From: Eledone cirrhosa | Lineage: Eukaryota | Direction of reading: 5' to 3' | DNA length: 64,000 nt | Assembly: GCA_964016885.1 (NCBI GenBank) | Contig: OZ024757.1 | Span: 38,192,001 to 38,256,000 of the forward strand | Shown here: positions 60,102-64,000 of the stretch, piece after piece | Layout: every line of letters starts with the position of its first letter | Position numbering within the stretch: position 1 is the stretch's first letter | Made by a program: the position numbers and the translations under genes | Notes under the pieces: model-generated | The model's database searches: none | Told to the model about the DNA's origin: nothing | What the model saw: the letters and a program-made list of their open reading frames with translations, nothing else

Positions 60102-60288
60102 TGTTTCTACTTTTGGCACAAGGCCAGCAATTATTTCAGTGTATTACTGGTACTTTATTTTATCGACCCCGTAAGGATGAAAGGCAAAGTTAACCTCGGC
60201 GGGATTTGAACTCAGTCCGTAAAGGGACGTAACTGTGCTGCAAAGCATGGCGTCCGACCCTCTACCGATACTGCCAATCCCCCGCCCT
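60102..60288 (-). mobile_element. full-length SINE with 18-bp target-site duplication
   Basis: AGAAATTAGAGAAATATT at 60084-60101 and 60289-60306. Confidence 0.95.
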
Positions 60289-60901
60289 AGAAATTAGAGA
60301 AATATTGAAAGACAAATACAAACGTGTAATACAATAAAGGTGGCGATGAACTTTAAGTCGGATCATGGAAATATAAGATGTCTTTGGTATACTTGACTTT
60401 CAACTGTCTATAGGATATAGGATATCTCCATATTTATCATACCTTAGAAGAAGAGGGAGAAGTGGAGGACGATAAAGACAAGGCAGAAGAAGCTGAAGAA
60501 GGAGAAGAAGAACCCAGAAGAAGCGAGAAGCAGCAGAAAAATATGAAACGGGAGAATGAGGAAAAAAGAAGTCAGGAGTGTGAAGAAGCAGTAGATGAAA
60601 CGGGAGAAGAAGAAGGAGGAGAAGATAAAGGAGAAGAAGTAGAATAAGAAAAATAAAGAGAAAGAGAAGAAAAAGGGTGTAGAAAAACCATCAAGCAAGC
60701 AACTTGTTTTAACACTGTTTGTGAATTGTAAAGAAATATAAGAAAACAAACTGAAGGACTAAACCTGAATAGCAGAGAGACGCCGAGGATAAAGAACGAA
60801 CAAATTAGAAAATGGATAAAGTGGAATATGGAGGTGTGAAATATTACAGTTGTATAACAGACGATTGTCTATTTTCAGCAGCTTTATTAAGATTTCATGA
60901 G

Positions 60902-61312
60902 AGGTGGATTGGCAGTATCAGTAGAGGGTCGGACGCCACGTTTTACAGCATAGTGTTACGTCCCTTTGCCGTCTGATTCAAATCCTGCCAAGGTGAACTA
61001 TGCCTTTCATCCTTAAGTGTTCGATAAAATAAAGTTCCAGGCAAGTACTGGGGTCGATGTAATTGATTTTCCCCTCGCCCTACCAAAATTACTAGCCTTG
61101 TGCCTATATAAGAAACCATTATTGTGGATTGGCAGTATCGGCAGAGGGTCGGACGCCATGCTTTTCAGCATAGTTACGTCCGTTTACGATCTGAGTTCAA
61201 ATCCCGCCGAGGTTGACTTTACTTTTCATCCTTACCGGGTCGATAAAAATAAAGTACCAGTAATGCACTGGGTAATTAATAGCCTTGTGCCTAAAGTAGA
61301 AACAATTATTAT
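60902..61312 (+). mobile_element. SINE pair: long subfamily (60902-61122) then short subfamily (61123-61312)
   Basis: Head-to-tail full copies. Confidence 0.93.
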
Positions 61313-61884
61313 TATTATAAATACTATCAGTATTATAATGAAATAGTTTCTCCTGAGGAGGTGAACGACGACGATAAGAACAACAACAATAATAAGAAGA
61401 ACAACAACAATAATAATAATAAGAAGAAGAAGCAGGAGACTATAAAAGCTTCGAGTTAAAATAAATACAGACAGAAGAAAATATGAAAATATTTGTAACG
61501 TCCATTGTTGTATGATGACATAGGATACTTTACTTGGAAAGGTCGGTAACACAGGCAACCTCAAGGGTGACGTTTAGCTATTAATCATCATGGCATCGGT
61601 AGATATTGTTATTATTCCCCTGATACAAGATTTAAATATATGTACATCTCTGTTGGACTAGCTGTTAGCCGCTATTTTCTTTCTAAATATATTTACCATT
61701 CTTTCATTTTCCCCTCTGATGTCCTGGTCAAAGCATAATCTATACAAATGTTCGATATCTTTGTGTTTCTTACAGAATTATAGTTATGCTACATTTTAGC
61801 AGCCCCGTAATGCATGGTGTAATCCAATCAAATATATGATAACTATCTATCTCTTAGTACTGCCGTGTATAATATACTACATAT

Positions 61885-62366
61885 ACATACACACAGGCAG
61901 AGTGAGACATACACCATACACACAGACAGAGTGAGACATACACACACACACAGACAGAGTGAGACATACACACACACAGACAGTGAGACATACATACACA
62001 GGCAGACAGAGTGAGACATATACACACACACAGACAGAGTGAGACATATACACACACACAGACAGAGTGAGACATACACACACACACAGACAGAGTGAGA
62101 CATACACACACACAGACAGTGAGACATACATACACAGGCAGAGAGAGTGAGACATATACACACACACAGACAGAGTGAGACATATACACACACACAGACA
62201 GAGTGAGACATATACACACACACAGACAGAGTGAGACATACACACACAGGCAGGCAGAGTGAGGCATACACACACACAGAGACAGAGTGAGACATACACA
62301 CACAGGCAGGCAGAGTGAGGCATACACACACACACACAGACAGAGTGAGACATACACACACACACA
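61885..62366. repeat. ~24-bp minisatellite (ACACACAGACAGAGTGAGACAT(AT))n
   Basis: About 20 units. Confidence 0.96.
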
Positions 62367-62551
62367 GTGGATTGGGAGTATCGGTAGAGGGTCGGACGCC
62401 ATGCTTTCCAGCATAGTTACGTCCTTTTACGATCTGAGTTCAAATCCCGCCGAGGTTGACTTTGCCTTTCATCCTTACGGGGTCGATAAAATAAAGTACC
62501 AGTAATGTACTGGTTAATTGCTGGCCTTGTGCCTAAAGTAGAAACAATTAT
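62367..62551 (+). mobile_element. tRNA-derived SINE, short subfamily
   Basis: Near-consensus full copy. Confidence 0.95.
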
Positions 62552-63049
62552 TTATATCCCGTCTGTATCAATCTCGTTCTATTTTGCCAAGAAAGTAAGT
62601 AATATCATATATATTAGTTTGTTGTTTTTCTCTGAATATCACAAAACGTGTTGCATATCAATATATTCATCCCTACCGGTGAAAATGCGTGAGAACTATA
62701 GCAATGGTGGTTGCAGATTATAGGAAGAAGTAGGCATAACACAATATTTCATTTAACACAACCAAGTAGAGTGGTCTTCAACTTCTTTTTATTGTCTAGT
62801 TCACAAGAGTGTCAGTTACAATGTATGTTTTAGCTATCATTGTTACTGTTAACTCCGTATTCAGAATGTTGTGTTCGATTACTAATACAAAATATATCAT
62901 TACTTTGTTGTGTTGCTGCTCAGGGCTATTCAACGGGAGATAGAGCATCGCCTCATAGACAGACATGTCAGTAACTGTTGCATGCATGAATGGTCTTATA
63001 AATGGAGTCGTAGAAGTGCTGCATAGACATACGTTTTACTTCTTCTTTG

Positions 63050-63515
63050 CCCACTTATTCCTGAGAGGGTCATATGGCAGGGTCATCAAACACTCCTTCA
63101 AAAGGGTCCTGTCAGAAGCAACTGTTTTCATCTGATCTGGCTGGATCCCCAAGCGTGACCAGCCAAGCTCATGGATGTTATTCAGCAATCTTGCTTAAGG
63201 CTAATCCCTGAGTCTCCTGCCGGTTGGTTTTCCTGGAAAATCTGTCCAACCAATCTTTCCTGAAACAGTCTAACCACATGTTCATAGCATCGGAGCTGTG
63301 ATCTCTCAATTCGGAGAAGTAGCGGCTCTACCAGGAGTGACTCTTTGATCTCCAAGCTACACATTTTTTCCTGAGACATTCTAATCTACATGGCCATAAT
63401 ATCGGAGCTGTGATCTCTCAATTCAGAGAAGTAGCAGCTCTACCTGGAGTGAATCTCTAATCTCCGAGCTACACATTCCTTCCTGAAACATTCTAATCCA
63501 GATGTTCATATTATC
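63050..63515 (-). mobile_element. RTE (Expander/Rex3-like) LINE 3' remnant with internal tandem duplication
   Basis: SLEIKESLLVEPLLLRIERSQLRCYEHVVRL..ERLVGQIF; a ~115-bp segment (ATCGGAGCTGTGATCTCTCAATTC...) is repeated. Confidence 0.82.
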
Positions 63516-63786
63516 ATTTTAATTCACCAAACTAAACACAAGAAGATATCTAATGACTAAAATTTCAAACAGTTATGATACCATTTATTTTTTTATTTGA
63601 TTTAAACATATTTCTACATATGCGTTGTTTGTAACTTAGGTTTTAGATCACAGCCATTTTGAATTACCACCTCTGATGATGTTACTTCGTGATTCCGAAC
63701 GTTATGAATATCTATTGAGAACATGTTGTCAATACAACAACAACAACAACAACAATAATAATAATAATAAGGCCACAGCAACAGCC

Positions 63787-63830
<44 letters not shown>

Positions 63831-64000
63831 ATATATTTTGTTTATTTTCAGCGTGAATTCAAATAATCTACTAACATAATTAGAAAGAACATAAACAAAT
63901 AATTTTAATTCCAGTTTGAAAAAAAAACCAGTTAAGATACTATGGCATTAATTTTGAACAAACAGTAATATTGATGCAACAATTATTTTTATTTAGTACA

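Noticed and set aside
60462-60647. Acidic E/K-rich ORF; also the K/R-rich ORF at 41946-42158
   Set aside because: Decayed (GAA)n purine tracts without splice or domain support.
62796-62987. Faint Helitron Rep-like S..EA motif, also at 23912-24130
   Set aside because: Too short and degenerate to call by eye.

Overview
Very AT-rich, repeat-dense animal DNA with no recognisable host protein-coding exon, so probably intron or intergenic. The huge (TA)n/(TATG)n arrays and the dominant ~190-bp tRNA-derived SINE look like an octopod cephalopod genome; that is pattern recognition, not a database result. Almost all ORFs in the track are microsatellite artefacts. Real content: about 22 SINE copies in two subfamilies, 5'-truncated LINE 3' ends (Tx1/L1, CR1-group, several RTE), two Tc1/mariner-type MITEs and several minisatellites. 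The most interesting signal is a set of about 10 short fold-back (palindromic) insertions plus solo fragments, mostly next to (TA)n tracts. Many carry minimal type I hammerhead ribozyme motifs (CUGANGA...GAAA-palindromic loop-UH, often followed by AATAAA) of the kind known from Penelope-like element terminal repeats. Where a ribozyme is readable it points outward from the palindrome centre. All calls were made by eye and coordinates are approximate to a few bases.
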